Source: Thermodesulfobacteriota bacterium
GTDB lineage: Bacteria; Desulfobacterota; Desulfobulbia; Desulfobulbales; SURF-16
Direction of reading: 5' to 3'
DNA length: 37,016 nt
NCBI GenBank assembly: GCA_039715015.1
Contig: JBDLIE010000027.1
Location: 1 to 37,016, forward strand
In this document: positions 25,450-35,649 of the stretch, one piece after another
How the letters are laid out: each line of letters begins with the position of its first letter
How positions within the stretch are numbered: position 1 is the stretch's first letter
Notes under the pieces: generated by a model
The model's input: the letters and a program-made list of their open reading frames with translations, nothing else
What the model was told of the DNA's origin: nothing
The model's database searches: none
Position numbers and translations under genes: made by a program

Positions 25450-25653
25450 TTACGCACTCTCGTCCGGCTCGACAAGAGTGTTCAGTAAATCGTCACGAAA
25501 ATTCTCGTCTTCGATGAGTTTGATGGCCATGGCCTTACAGATCCGGCCGGCCAGCCCCTCATTACCATCATAGGCAATATCCACTTCAATATCACCCTTA
25601 CTTGCAGTGAGAATCACTGCCGCTTGATTATCCGCCAGAGTTACTTCAGCCAT
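25450..25653 (-). CDS. Small acidic hypothetical protein
   Basis: 67-aa ORF with AAGGA RBS, co-oriented with its neighbours. Confidence 0.7.
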   Translation of the reverse strand: MAEVTLADNQAAVILTASKGDIEVDIAYDGNEGLAGRICKAMAIKLIEDENFRDDLLNTLVEPDESA

Positions 25654-25701
25654 ATTTTATCCTTGGTTCGTTATGATGTTTGGGGCCGGCAGCCTTAAAA
25701 G

Positions 25702-26148
25702 TCAGGCCATACTGGTGACGGTCACCGAGGCAATCAGGGCATAGCGCGCCAGTTTGCCGATGAAGGCCAGCAGGGAAAAATGAACAAAATTGAGGCGCAG
25801 GGAGCCGCCCACCAGACAGAGAGGGTCACCGATCACCGGCAGCCACGAAAGCAGTATAGACCAGGAACCATATTTTTGGTAGAGCCGGTTTGCCCGGCTA
25901 AATTCTGATTGGTTAATGCGCAGGATTTTTTCCATGATAAAGGTCGATCCCCAGATACCAAGAGCATAGGTGGTGCAGGCCCCAAGGAAGTTACCCAGGG
26001 TGGCCACAGCCACCACACTCTCCACATCATGGGCCTGGAGGAGCAGGGCCACAAGGAGCCACTCCGAGCCCAAGGGCAGGATGGTGGCGGCCAGAAAGCT
26101 CACCACAAAAAGAGCGGGCAGGCCGTTATGGAGGAGAAATTCTTCCAT
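25702..26148 (-). CDS. YqaA/DedA-family membrane protein (alternative start 26181)
   Basis: SFLAATILPLGSE, LGNFLG, SWLPVIGDPL and GKLARY motifs. Confidence 0.92.
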   Translation of the reverse strand: MEEFLLHNGLPALFVVSFLAATILPLGSEWLLVALLLQAHDVESVVAVATLGNFLGACTTYALGIWGSTFIMEKILRINQSEFSRANRLYQKYGSWSILLSWLPVIGDPLCLVGGSLRLNFVHFSLLAFIGKLARYALIASVTVTSMA

Positions 26149-26298
26149 GGGGGTTCTTATAATGAAATCAGTGAGTTCCATGGCAGGAACTTTTTTTTGT
26201 TAAAAAAAGTGGAAGCAGCTATTATATATAGCTGAGAATGTGATATTTTTCACGTCTGATTTTGAGAGAATTTGCTGTTTGGAGAGAGGGGTGCACAG

Positions 26299-27744
26299 AT
26301 GATTTCGGGAATCAATTCTTCAGTTTCTGCTCTGCGGAGTCTGACCAAAAAGGCCGAGTCCACGGCCAATAATGTCGCAAACGTCAATACGCCGGGCTAC
26401 AAGGCAACGCGGCTCACCTTGCATGAGGCGTCAAGCCAGAACGTGTCCACTGCCAGTGGCTCCGATCAGGTTGGCCGTGGGGTCAATGTTGGTTCTGTGG
26501 ATCGGGCCAACACCCAGGGCGCTTTTGAAAACAGCCAAAGCGCCTCTGATTTCGGGATCAGTGGCCAAGGCTATTTCCTCCTCCGTGACCCGGACAGTGC
26601 CGTGGCCGATCAGTACACCCGCACCGGCAATTTTCAATATGACCGGCAGGGATATCTGGTCAGCCCCAACGGCTCTCTGGTGCAAGGCTGGCAGATAGAT
26701 AGCGCCACCAGCGACCGCCAGGGTAGCATCGGCGATATCCAGATTGCCCAGTCAACACCTCCCGTGGCCACCACTCAGGTCACCGAGATCGTTAACCTTG
26801 ATGCCCGCACAGCACCGGAGAATGTCAGCAATAGTCTCGCCCTCTTTGATTCCTATGACGGCAGGAATGCGGCAGCGGCCCAGCCCACAGAGCCCATTGC
26901 CTCCAGCAATTATGAGTACAAATCATCCATAGCCATTTACGACAGCCAGGGCAGCCGCCAGAATGTTGATATCTATTACGATACAACCACCACCAACAAC
27001 CAGTGGGAGTTTCTGGTGGCCGTTGATCCCCTGGCTGACCAGCGGGCCGGGATTGATACCACCCAGAAAGGGGCTGGCGCCCTGATGTATGGCACCATTA
27101 ACTTCAGTACCTCCGGCGACATTACCAGCATCGAGGCCTTTAATGTGCCAGGCGATGCTCAGGTCAATCCCACTCTGCCCGATAACCGGATCAATCTGGC
27201 AAATACCGATACCTTCTACAGCTTTGGTGCCAACTTTAGCGGCGATAGTCAAAATCAGGAAATCGCCCTTGATTTCGGCGCTGTGTACAGCGGCGTGGGC
27301 ACCAGTTTCCAGCCCCAATCCCTGGCCTCCAGCCAGTATGCCAACGCCTCCACCACTATCTCTCAAAATCAGGACGGTTACGGGGCTGGTTTTCTGCAGT
27401 CGGTGGCCACGGATAACGAAGGCGTGATCTCTGCCAGCTACTCCAACGGCCAGGTGCTGGAACAGGCCCAGGTGGGCCTGGCAAATTTTGCTAATCAGGG
27501 CGGCCTGAGCAGCGAAGGAGGAGGTGTTTTTCGTGAAACCACAGCCTCTGGATCAGCTTACACCGGCGCACCCGGTACCAGCGGTCTTGGCGGCTTGGCT
27601 CCCAACGCCCTGGAGATTTCCAATGTTGATCTGGCCGAGGAGCTGGTCACCATGATGATCACCAAGACCAGCTTCAAAGCCAACGTCAAGATGATCCAGG
27701 CCGGTGATGAGATGATTGGCAGCCTCCTTGATATTAAGACTTGA
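26299..27744 (+). CDS. Flagellar hook FlgE-like protein (orphan)
   Basis: ANNVANVNTPGYK, ISGQGYF, YTRTGNF, IYDSQG, QDGYGAG and LEISNVDLAEE motifs. Confidence 0.88.
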   Translation: MISGINSSVSALRSLTKKAESTANNVANVNTPGYKATRLTLHEASSQNVSTASGSDQVGRGVNVGSVDRANTQGAFENSQSASDFGISGQGYFLLRDPDSAVADQYTRTGNFQYDRQGYLVSPNGSLVQGWQIDSATSDRQGSIGDIQIAQSTPPVATTQVTEIVNLDARTAPENVSNSLALFDSYDGRNAAAAQPTEPIASSNYEYKSSIAIYDSQGSRQNVDIYYDTTTTNNQWEFLVAVDPLADQRAGIDTTQKGAGALMYGTINFSTSGDITSIEAFNVPGDAQVNPTLPDNRINLANTDTFYSFGANFSGDSQNQEIALDFGAVYSGVGTSFQPQSLASSQYANASTTISQNQDGYGAGFLQSVATDNEGVISASYSNGQVLEQAQVGLANFANQGGLSSEGGGVFRETTASGSAYTGAPGTSGLGGLAPNALEISNVDLAEELVTMMITKTSFKANVKMIQAGDEMIGSLLDIKT

Positions 27745-27768
27745 TCCCTCTCTTATCTCATTAAAATC

Positions 27769-27811
27769 AAAAAAGGCGGTAGATGTTACAATGCATCTGC
27801 CGCCTTTTTTT
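27769..27811. terminator. Bidirectional intrinsic terminator
   Basis: A6-GGCGGTAGATG/CATCTGCCGCC-T7. Confidence 0.88.
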
Positions 27812-27893
27812 ATGGTTCATCACGGATTAGAGAGGTGTCTGATGAGCACACACATTCGACACTCACTGTGTGCAACCGGGACTGGCAATCAAT

Positions 27894-27978
27894 GTAGGAG
27901 CCCGCCCCTGCGGGCGATGATTAGCCTGGATGCTGCTTCTGTGCACCGGAATTTTCGCCCGCAGAAACGGGCTCCTAC
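27894..27978. repeat. GTAG-type REP doublet
   Basis: GTAGGAGCCCGCCCCTGCGGGCGA ... TCGCCCGCAGAAACGGGCTCCTAC. Confidence 0.85.
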
Positions 27979-28003
27979 AATACAGGTTTGGCAGGACTAA
28001 ACT

Positions 28004-28579
28004 CTAATTCTTACTCTCAATTTTGATCTTCTTCACCTCAGATTCAGGCAAAGCCGTGCGCGGAATGGTCAGGGTAAGGACACCTTGTTTGAAGCGTGCT
28101 TTGATCTTATCCTGGTCGGCATCCTCCGGCAGGGAAAGAACGCGATGGAAGGAGCCATAGGAACGCTCCACCCTATAATAATTCTTGTCCTTCTCCTCTG
28201 ATTCCTGCTGTTTTTCACCACTGATAGTCAGGTTGTTGTCGGCCACCTCGACCTTGACGTCCTTGTCATCCACTCCGGGAACTTCAACACTGATGGAGTA
28301 TTCAGTGTCAGAGGAGCTGATATCCAGGGTGGGTTTGAGCAAGCCTTCGGGCATGCCTGGAAAGCGCAGAGCGGGAATGTTGGCCAAGCTGGCAAAAGGG
28401 GGTGAAAAGCCACGGAAGAAGCTGTTGAAAATTCGGTCCATCTCATTTTGCAGATGCTGAAAGGGCTGTGTCTGCAGACCTGGCAGGTGTTGATCATTGT
28501 GTTTGATGGGGATGCTCTTGCCTTCACTCCCTTCCTCGTGTGCAAACCAGTTCCATGGTACCAATTTCTTGAAATCCAT
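28004..28579 (-). CDS. Hsp20/alpha-crystallin small heat-shock protein
   Basis: VEVPGV, LTISGEK, ERSYGSFHRVLSLP and GVLTLTIP motifs; GGAGG RBS. Confidence 0.96.
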   Translation of the reverse strand: MDFKKLVPWNWFAHEEGSEGKSIPIKHNDQHLPGLQTQPFQHLQNEMDRIFNSFFRGFSPPFASLANIPALRFPGMPEGLLKPTLDISSSDTEYSISVEVPGVDDKDVKVEVADNNLTISGEKQQESEEKDKNYYRVERSYGSFHRVLSLPEDADQDKIKARFKQGVLTLTIPRTALPESEVKKIKIESKN

Positions 28580-28792
28580 AACCCACCTCCATGTTTATAT
28601 TGTTCATGGCCTTGATGACAGGCAGTGTTGATCCCAGATTCTTTCTAAGAAAAAATTAAGCATAACCAGGGCAGCAGAAAAGGGTCGCGAGAAAAAATTT
28701 TTGGATAATTCGTTCGTTCACTATTAATTTTGAAAGAGGTACACTTTGATAAACGATGTTTTTTTTGAAAAGGTCCTTTGGGGGGAGTGTCT

Positions 28793-29287
28793 ATGGTCAA
28801 AAAAATTATAGTCGTTACCCTGGTGCTGGTCATTGCCTTGGGGGCTTGGCTCAGCTATTATTTTTCCGATAAAGAGGTGATTAAGCGCCAGCTTGCCGGG
28901 CTTGCCGTGGAGCTCAGCAAGGAGGGCAGGGAGACCCCTGTGCAGATGGCCCTGAAGATGCGGGAGGTCAAGGATATGCTGGCCGACTCCTGTCAGGTTG
29001 TTGTTCCCCAACGCAATTATCGCGAGGCTGTGGAGCAGGATTTGATTATCCGTTACCTCATCTATCATCGTAACCGATACACACTCATCATGGTGGCCTT
29101 TGAGGATTTGGAAATTGAAATTCCGGCCAAGGGCCAGGCCCAGGTGCAGTCCACGGTGCGCCTCCAGCGCCAGCAGGGAAATGGGGCAACGGCTGTGGAG
29201 GTTCATCCGCTGGAGCTTAGCCTGACTAAGGGCGACAAAGCATGGTTGCTTAAGGCGGTGACCATGCCGGAGGCCCTGATACGGTAG
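28793..29287 (+). CDS. Membrane-anchored hypothetical protein (possibly NTF2-like)
   Basis: N-terminal TM helix, GGAG RBS, and a C-terminal LxK..W strand pattern. Confidence 0.75.
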   Translation: MVKKIIVVTLVLVIALGAWLSYYFSDKEVIKRQLAGLAVELSKEGRETPVQMALKMREVKDMLADSCQVVVPQRNYREAVEQDLIIRYLIYHRNRYTLIMVAFEDLEIEIPAKGQAQVQSTVRLQRQQGNGATAVEVHPLELSLTKGDKAWLLKAVTMPEALIR

Positions 29288-29291
29288 CAGA

Positions 29292-29786
29292 ATGGATATC
29301 TTCAGTCACACCCTTTGGGGATACGGGTTGTTTGGAAGACAAAAGCCGTGGTTGGCCATGGCCTTTGGTGCCATGCCCGATATGGTTAGCTTTGGCGCCT
29401 TTGCCATCATCCGTTTTGTTAATGGCGAATATGTCCACGGTAAGCCACCCTTAGAGATCATTCCTCAGTGGTGTTTTTTTCTGTACGATCTCAGCCACAG
29501 CCTGCTTATTTCTCTGGTGCTGCTGCTTGTTGTCTTTTGGAAGAGCCGCGCTTTGGCCTTTGCTATGTTGGGCTGGCCTTTTCATATCATGCTTGATATC
29601 CCCTTTCACAGCCGCCATTATTTCCCCACCAAGTTTTTCTATCCGTTCAGCGATTATTTTTATGATGGGATTGCCTGGAATAGCTTGGAGGTTTGGTTGC
29701 CCAATGTTGCCGGGGTGATTGTGGTGGTGGTTTATCGGTTGCGGAGCCGGAGGAGAGCTCAGGCTGTCGTTGGGGAAGAGTCTTAA
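29292..29786 (+). CDS. Membrane-bound metal-dependent hydrolase (YdjM-like)
   Basis: MDIFSHTLW, PD, SHSL and HIMLDIPFH motifs. Confidence 0.82.
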   Translation: MDIFSHTLWGYGLFGRQKPWLAMAFGAMPDMVSFGAFAIIRFVNGEYVHGKPPLEIIPQWCFFLYDLSHSLLISLVLLLVVFWKSRALAFAMLGWPFHIMLDIPFHSRHYFPTKFFYPFSDYFYDGIAWNSLEVWLPNVAGVIVVVVYRLRSRRRAQAVVGEES

Positions 29787-29853
29787 TGGCTGGTGGCTGA
29801 TTAGGTGGGGTGCTTTGTTTTGTTGCCTTTTTACTTGCCTTCTCATTTTACCT

Positions 29854-30016
29854 AAAAAGGAACCGAAAAAGGACACCCTCACAGCCCTGGCCTTCGCTAC
29901 CACTCGCCTTCCGCCGTGCAAGGGGCATTGCCCTTCGCCAGGCTCAGGGACCGGCACCCACAACTCTACGTACCCTGAGCCTGGCGAAGGGTGCTCGCCC
30001 AGGGCTGCATGGGGAA
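29854..30016. repeat. Second copy of the 1338-1538 element, with a CCTTCG hairpin (29931-29991) as its core
   Basis: About 77 bp near-identical to 1338-1415, plus the shared tail CAGGGCTGnATGGGGAA. Confidence 0.8.
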
Positions 30017-30039
30017 GATTTAATCGGAAGTTTTTTTAT

Positions 30040-30082
30040 AAAAAAGGGGCGGCAGAAAATTCATCTCTGCCGCCCCTTTTTT
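30040..30082. terminator. Bidirectional intrinsic terminator
   Basis: A6-GGGGCGGCAGA/TCTGCCGCCCC-T6. Confidence 0.88.
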
Positions 30083-30094
30083 AAATTTACATTT

Positions 30095-30117
30095 CCCCTC
30101 TCCCTTAGGGAGAGGGG
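30095..30117. repeat. Short CCCCTCTCCC/GGGAGAGGGG hairpin
   Basis: CCCCTCTCCCT-T-AGGGAGAGGGG. Confidence 0.5.
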
Positions 30118-30143
30118 GTACAAGACTGGAATATTAAATTACC

Positions 30144-30644
30144 TTAATTAATTTGCTCAAAAATATGGGCTTTTGCGCCGCAAATGGGGCAGCGTTCCGG
30201 GGCGGCGCCAAGCTCAATATGGCCGCAGACCGGGCAGAGGTAGAAGTCGGCGGTGTCGAGGTCAATGCCGTCTTTGACGGCTTTCATGGCCTTGCTGTAG
30301 AGCTCGGCATGGACGGCCTCGGCCTTGGTGGCGAACTTGAACATCACTTTGGCCTTGTGGCCTTCTTCTTCGGCCTGGGTGACCATAGGGGGGTACATGT
30401 CTTCAAATTCATGGGTCTCACCGTCAATGGCTGCCTGGAGGTTGTCGGCGGTGGAGCCTACCTGGTCCAGGGCATTGAGGTGGCCTTCGGCGTGGATGCG
30501 TTCTGCTTCGGCAGTGGTGCGGAAAAGCTTGGCGATATTGGCAAAGCCTTCTTTGTCGGCTTTTTTGGCAAAGGCGCGGTATTTCTGGTTGGCTTGGCTC
30601 TCGCCGGCAAAGGCGTCCTTGAGATTATCGGTGGTAGATGGCAT
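30144..30644 (-). CDS. rbr: Rubrerythrin
   Basis: AFAGESQA, EAERIHA, GETHE, EAVHA, and C-terminal CPVCG..CPICG. Confidence 0.95.
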   Translation of the reverse strand: MPSTTDNLKDAFAGESQANQKYRAFAKKADKEGFANIAKLFRTTAEAERIHAEGHLNALDQVGSTADNLQAAIDGETHEFEDMYPPMVTQAEEEGHKAKVMFKFATKAEAVHAELYSKAMKAVKDGIDLDTADFYLCPVCGHIELGAAPERCPICGAKAHIFEQIN

Positions 30645-30688
30645 GCTATCCTCCTTTTAGATAGAAATGGGTTAAAGAAAATATTGTT

Positions 30689-30708
30689 ATCAGGAATAAT
30701 TACTATTT
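30689..30708. promoter_or_regulatory. Putative PerR/Fur-family operator upstream of rubrerythrin
   Basis: AGGAAT-A-ATTACT, one mismatch from the palindrome AGTAAT-N-ATTACT, in an AT-rich promoter region. Confidence 0.5.
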
Positions 30709-30818
30709 ACATATAGCAGATTGATATTAAAACTCAAGAAGTAAAATACAATTTAATTTAGTCTGTGGTCAAAGCTGTTCTACCTCTTTCGGGCTAATGG
30801 CGGAAATGGTAAGAAAAA

Positions 30819-30879
30819 GCAGGAGCTCACCCCTGTGAGCGCTAGGGGCTTCTTATCGCCCGGAGGGCCGGGCCCCTAC
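30819..30879. repeat. Degenerate GTAG-type REP doublet
   Basis: GCAGGAGCTCACCCCTGTGAGCG ... TCGCCCGGAGGGCCGGGCCCCTAC; the arms match those at 15906 and 19660-19683. Confidence 0.75.
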
Positions 30880-30954
30880 GGCGCACATAATCGACAAGAT
30901 GTTGAAACGATAACCCTGGTAAGAGAAAATTAAAGATACAACGGTGAAAATAAT

Positions 30955-32727
30955 ATGTCAGAGCAATTGAATCAGGAACTTGGCAGTGAAGATGTCTTCT
31001 GGAATCTGGGAGACCTTTACGAAGGTTTGGATGATGAGTTGATTAAGGATGATATTGATCTCTGTGAGCAGGAGGCCGCTCTTCTTAAAGAGTTTGCCGG
31101 TCAATTGGCCAGCCTTGAACCAGCCAAATTTGCTCGCCTGGTCCGGCGCCTGGAGCGCATCGCCACTAATCTTGGCCGCTTGGCAACCTTTGCCTATCTT
31201 AATTTTGCCACCCAGGTCACCAATGCGGAGGCAGGCGCCTTTTTGCAGGAAGTAAAAGAAACGGCCAGCCGGATCAGCCGAGAAACAGTCTTTTTTGATC
31301 TGGAGTGGTCCAAGATGGATGGGGACACGGCCCTGCGGTTTTTGGAGGCTGAAGACACCGCCCCCCATCATCATTATCTGGAAAATATCAGGCGCTACGC
31401 CGATCACCTTCTCTCCCAGGTGGAAGAAACCCTGTTGATCGAATTCAGTCCGGTGGCAAGTTCCAGTTGGACCGGTCTCTTTACCAAGGTCATGGGCCAT
31501 CTCAAGTTTGGTGAGAACAACAGGGGCCAGGAAGAGGTGCTGGCTGATCTCTACAGCCCGGACCAGAAGGTGCGCAAGCAGGCAGCCGAAGACATGAGCA
31601 AGGGCCTGAAAAGTCAGCTCCACATCCTCACCCATATTTTCAACACTCTGCTGGCCGACAAGATGATTGATGACCGGCTACGCAGCTATCCAACCTGGGT
31701 CAGCTCCCGTAACCTTTCTAATGAACTTGATGACGAAACCGTGGACGCCTTGGTGACAGCCGCCGCCGGTCGCTATGATATTGTCCAGCGCTATTATGGT
31801 CTGAAAAAGAAGCTGCTCGGCCTTGATGAACTCCACGATTATGATCGCTACGCCCCCCTGCCCAGCCTGCCGGATAAAAAGGTGAGTTGGCTGGAATGTA
31901 AGGAGATGGTGCTCAGTGGCTTTAGTGAATTTTCTCCCAAGATGGCGGAAATTGCCGAACTCTTTTTTGCTGAGAACTGGATCCACGCCCCGGTGATGGA
32001 GGGCAAGCAGGGCGGCGCTTTTGCCCACCCCTGTGTGCCGGACGCCCACCCCTATGTAATGGTCAATTACACCGGCAACCTGCGTGACGTCTCCACCGTG
32101 GCCCATGAGCTTGGCCATGGCGTCCACCAATATCTGGCCCGCGACAAGGGCTATTTTAACTCCAACACCCCCCTTGTTCTGGCCGAGACCGCCTCGGTCT
32201 TTGCCGAGCTTCTCATCTTTCATAAGCAGCTTGATCTGCTTGATGATCAGGCCCAGCGCCGGGCCTTTATCTGTCAGAAGCTGGAGTCGATCTTTGCCAC
32301 CGTGTTCCGGCAGATATCCATGAACCGTTTTGAGGACAAGATCCACAACAGTCGCCGTGATGAGGGTGAACTCTCCAGTGACAAGCTCTCGGAGTTTTGG
32401 CTTAGCAGCCAGCGGGACATGTTTGCCGACTCGGTCAGCCTTTCGACTGACTATGGCATCTGGTGGTCGTACATCCCCCATTTTTTGCGAACCCCGGGTT
32501 ATGTCTATGCCTATGCCTTTGGCGAGTTGCTCGTCCTGGCCCTCTATAAACTCTACCAGGAGCAAGGACAGAGCTTTGTCCCCAAATATTTGGAGCTCCT
32601 CAGCCAGGGCGGCAGTCAATCCCCCTATGACCTTCTCAAGCCCTTTGGTATTGATCTCAGTGACGACTCATTCTGGCAGGGAGGACTTACGGTCATTGAT
32701 GAGATGCTGCAGCAGGTCGAGGGCTAG
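30955..32727 (+). CDS. pepF: M3B oligoendopeptidase F
   Basis: WNLGDLY, GKQGGAF, AHELGHGVH, LAETAS and YVYAYAFG motifs. Confidence 0.93.
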   Translation: MSEQLNQELGSEDVFWNLGDLYEGLDDELIKDDIDLCEQEAALLKEFAGQLASLEPAKFARLVRRLERIATNLGRLATFAYLNFATQVTNAEAGAFLQEVKETASRISRETVFFDLEWSKMDGDTALRFLEAEDTAPHHHYLENIRRYADHLLSQVEETLLIEFSPVASSSWTGLFTKVMGHLKFGENNRGQEEVLADLYSPDQKVRKQAAEDMSKGLKSQLHILTHIFNTLLADKMIDDRLRSYPTWVSSRNLSNELDDETVDALVTAAAGRYDIVQRYYGLKKKLLGLDELHDYDRYAPLPSLPDKKVSWLECKEMVLSGFSEFSPKMAEIAELFFAENWIHAPVMEGKQGGAFAHPCVPDAHPYVMVNYTGNLRDVSTVAHELGHGVHQYLARDKGYFNSNTPLVLAETASVFAELLIFHKQLDLLDDQAQRRAFICQKLESIFATVFRQISMNRFEDKIHNSRRDEGELSSDKLSEFWLSSQRDMFADSVSLSTDYGIWWSYIPHFLRTPGYVYAYAFGELLVLALYKLYQEQGQSFVPKYLELLSQGGSQSPYDLLKPFGIDLSDDSFWQGGLTVIDEMLQQVEG

Positions 32728-32819
32728 GGTGTGGTCGTCCTGGACCTGTTTCTGGCGCCTAGGGAGTTGCTTCTTTGTAAAAATTGACTTTATAGCACTT
32801 CTGTGACCTTAATATAAGG

Positions 32820-33662
32820 ATGGAAATTATTCAGTTCGCTGGTCAGGGCAGCAGGGTTTCAGCAGTGGGTATGGGAGGGGAGGGAGCCCTCCGCACCTAT
32901 GGCCGCCACAAAGATGCCGCAGGCGTTATTAAAGAGGCCCTGGCCAAAGGTATAACGTATTTTGACTCGGCCCGGGTCTATGCTGATAGTGAGATCTATC
33001 TAGGCTCCGTCTGGGGTAAGAACCCGGAGCTGCGCCGATCAATCTTTCAAACCAGCAAATCGGCCTCCCGCGATAGGCAAGGTGCCCTTCTGGACTTGCA
33101 GAGTACCTTGGAGCGCCTGCGCACCAGTTATCTTGATCTCTGGCAGATCCACGATGTACGAACCAGCCAGGATCTGGAGGCCATTGCCCGGCCCGGCGGA
33201 GCCCTGGAGGCCTTTGTGGAGGCCAAGGAGCAGGGTTTGGTGCGGGCCATCGGTGTCACTGGCCACCATGACCCTTACATCCTAACCAGGGCGGTTAATG
33301 AGTGGCCGGTGGATGCCGTCCTTCTGCCGGTGAACCCGGTGGAGGGCAATATCGGCGGTTTTCTCACCGGCACCCTGCCTGCCGCCCGAAAAAAGGGCAT
33401 TGCCATTATTGCCATGAAGGTGCTGGGCGCCTCCCATTATATTCTTCCTAAACTTCGCGTTTCCCCTGAACAGCTTATCCGGTACGCCCTTTCCTTTGAC
33501 ATCACCCTGCCCATCGTCGGCTGTTCAACAGCTGACGAGGTTCGGACCCTGGCCTCTCTCGGCAAAAAGATCAAGCCCCTTTCAAAAAGGGAAAAAGAGA
33601 ATTTAGAAACCATTTTTAAACCCTATGCCCACCGCCTCGCCTTTTATCGGGGGGTGCGCTAG
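32820..33662 (+). CDS. Aldo/keto reductase
   Basis: GITYFDSARVY, TSK, YLDLWQIH, IGVTGH and IAMKVLG motifs. Confidence 0.93.
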   Translation: MEIIQFAGQGSRVSAVGMGGEGALRTYGRHKDAAGVIKEALAKGITYFDSARVYADSEIYLGSVWGKNPELRRSIFQTSKSASRDRQGALLDLQSTLERLRTSYLDLWQIHDVRTSQDLEAIARPGGALEAFVEAKEQGLVRAIGVTGHHDPYILTRAVNEWPVDAVLLPVNPVEGNIGGFLTGTLPAARKKGIAIIAMKVLGASHYILPKLRVSPEQLIRYALSFDITLPIVGCSTADEVRTLASLGKKIKPLSKREKENLETIFKPYAHRLAFYRGVR

Positions 33663-33684
33663 GTCCTTCTGTGCACAGAGTTTT

Positions 33685-35541
33685 ATGAGTAGGCAAGACA
33701 TCGAAAATCAATCAAAGCATAAATGGTCGCGGCTCCGTTTTATAGCTCTTGGTCAGTTTATTGGCCTCTGCTTACTGCTCTCTTTCACTTTTTTTGCCGA
33801 CCAGCGCCACGGCCAGGAGAACGTCAAAAAGCTGGCCGAAGCCACGGCCCGCATCCATGCTCAGAAAGATTCCAGCCACCGAGAGCTGTTTATCCCTCTA
33901 GGCAAAGCGCATACCCGTAATTCCCTCTCTCTTCATTTGACCCTCTGGATTTTGGGGGTGATTGGTATCGTATGGAGTTTTCAGAAGATGCGTCAGCGGG
34001 ACAGGAAAATCTTTGCAGCCCAGGATGCCCAGAAAAAAGCCTATGAAGAGCTGGAAAAGACCTTTGACGCCATTGACGGCATTATTACCATTCAAGACAA
34101 GGATATGCGTATCACCAGGGTGAATAAGGCTACCTGTGATATTTTTAACGCCAAACCTGAAGATTTAGTGGGGAAATATTGTTACGAGGTGTTCCGCGGC
34201 GCCAATATGCCCTGTGAGGGCTGCCCAGAAGTAGAGTCATTGCAGGATGGTGCAACACATCACGGCGAGATCGAGCATGAAAACCTCAATAAAATCTTTG
34301 CGGTGGCAGCGGTTCCCATTATCAACGAATCCGGTGAGACAGCCAAGCTTGTTCATTACGCCAAGGATATAACCAAAAGCCGCAGGCAGGAAAGGCAGTT
34401 GCGCCAGGCCCAGAAAATGGAGGCCGTGGGCACCCTGGCCGGTGGTATAGCCCATGATTTTAACAATATTCTCACCGCCATTATCGGCTTTTCCGAGCTG
34501 AGTCTCCTTCGCCCCTCCATTGATGCCGAGACCCATCAAGATCTGGAGCAGATCCACAAAGCCGGCTTGCGCGCCAAGGAGCTTGTTGAGCAGATTCTTA
34601 CCTTCAGTCGTCAAAAGGAGCAGGATTTTCAATCCCTTGAGATTCAATCGGTGCTCAAAGAGGCCCTCAAGCTTCTCCGGGCCAGTATTCCGACAACCAT
34701 TAATTTCGAACTCAATATCGCTGAAGAAAGAGCACTGATTATTGCCGATCCCTCCCAGGTCCACCAGGTTGTCATGAATCTCTGCACCAATGCCTACCAC
34801 GCCATGCGTGACAACGGCGGCACCCTGCTGGTCGCCCTCAAACAGGTGGAATTGGCTGAGATGGATGTCTATAGCATGAATGGAGTTAAGCCGGGCCCCT
34901 ACCTTCGCCTGACAATTGGTGATACCGGGCAAGGCATCAAGAAAGAGGATCGGGATAGGATTTTCGAACCCTACTTTACAACCAAGAAAAAGGGAGAGGG
35001 AACCGGGCTTGGCCTGTCCCTGGTCCATGGTATTATTAGCTCCATGGGCGGTTATATCTCGATGTACAGTGAGGAAGGCCAAGGCACCACCTTTCAGGTT
35101 TACCTGCCGGTTATTGCCAGGGAGGATGTCAGCAAGGCCCAGAAAAGGCAAGGTTGCAATCAACTCCCCACCGGCAATGAACGGGTTCTCCTTATTGATG
35201 ATGAGGAGAGTATTGTTGCCCTGGAAGGGCGGATGTTGGAGAGTTTGGGGTACACGGTGGAGGGCTTCAGCGATGCCATGCAGGCCAAAGATGCCTTTAT
35301 CACCGGCTCGGAGAAGTTTGACTTGCTGATTACCGATATGAATATGCCCCAACTGTCAGGGCTTGATCTGGTGGAGATTGTCAAGGCTGCCAACCCCGAC
35401 ATTCCCATCATTATATGCACGGGTTTCAGTGAGCGGATTAACCGCAAGACCGCCGAAAAGTATGGCATATATAAGGTTGTGATGAAGCCCCTTGTCCTCC
35501 ATGAACTGGCCCAGACAGTGCGAGGAGCCCTTGATGACTGA
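33685..35541 (+). CDS. Hybrid sensor histidine kinase (2 TM, PAS, HisKA, HATPase, receiver)
   Basis: [37 protein letters not shown] and LITDMNMP motifs. Confidence 0.94.
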   Translation: MSRQDIENQSKHKWSRLRFIALGQFIGLCLLLSFTFFADQRHGQENVKKLAEATARIHAQKDSSHRELFIPLGKAHTRNSLSLHLTLWILGVIGIVWSFQKMRQRDRKIFAAQDAQKKAYEELEKTFDAIDGIITIQDKDMRITRVNKATCDIFNAKPEDLVGKYCYEVFRGANMPCEGCPEVESLQDGATHHGEIEHENLNKIFAVAAVPIINESGETAKLVHYAKDITKSRRQERQLRQAQKMEAVGTLAGGIAHDFNNILTAIIGFSELSLLRPSIDAETHQDLEQIHKAGLRAKELVEQILTFSRQKEQDFQSLEIQSVLKEALKLLRASIPTTINFELNIAEERALIIADPSQVHQVVMNLCTNAYHAMRDNGGTLLVALKQVELAEMDVYSMNGVKPGPYLRLTIGDTGQGIKKEDRDRIFEPYFTTKKKGEGTGLGLSLVHGIISSMGGYISMYSEEGQGTTFQVYLPVIAREDVSKAQKRQGCNQLPTGNERVLLIDDEESIVALEGRMLESLGYTVEGFSDAMQAKDAFITGSEKFDLLITDMNMPQLSGLDLVEIVKAANPDIPIIICTGFSERINRKTAEKYGIYKVVMKPLVLHELAQTVRGALDD

Positions 35542-35649
35542 CAAGCTTCTGGGGCAAAAGGTTTTAACGGCGCCTGTATAAAATCACCTTTGATCTCAGG
35601 CTGAAATACGGTAGGCCTGCTCTGTAAACCATTCCAACAGGCGCGAGCT

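Noticed and set aside
35570..35644. 8-bp inverted repeat GCGCCTGT/ACAGGCGC upstream of the TIM-like gene
   Set aside because: Too short and single-copy here to call a MITE.
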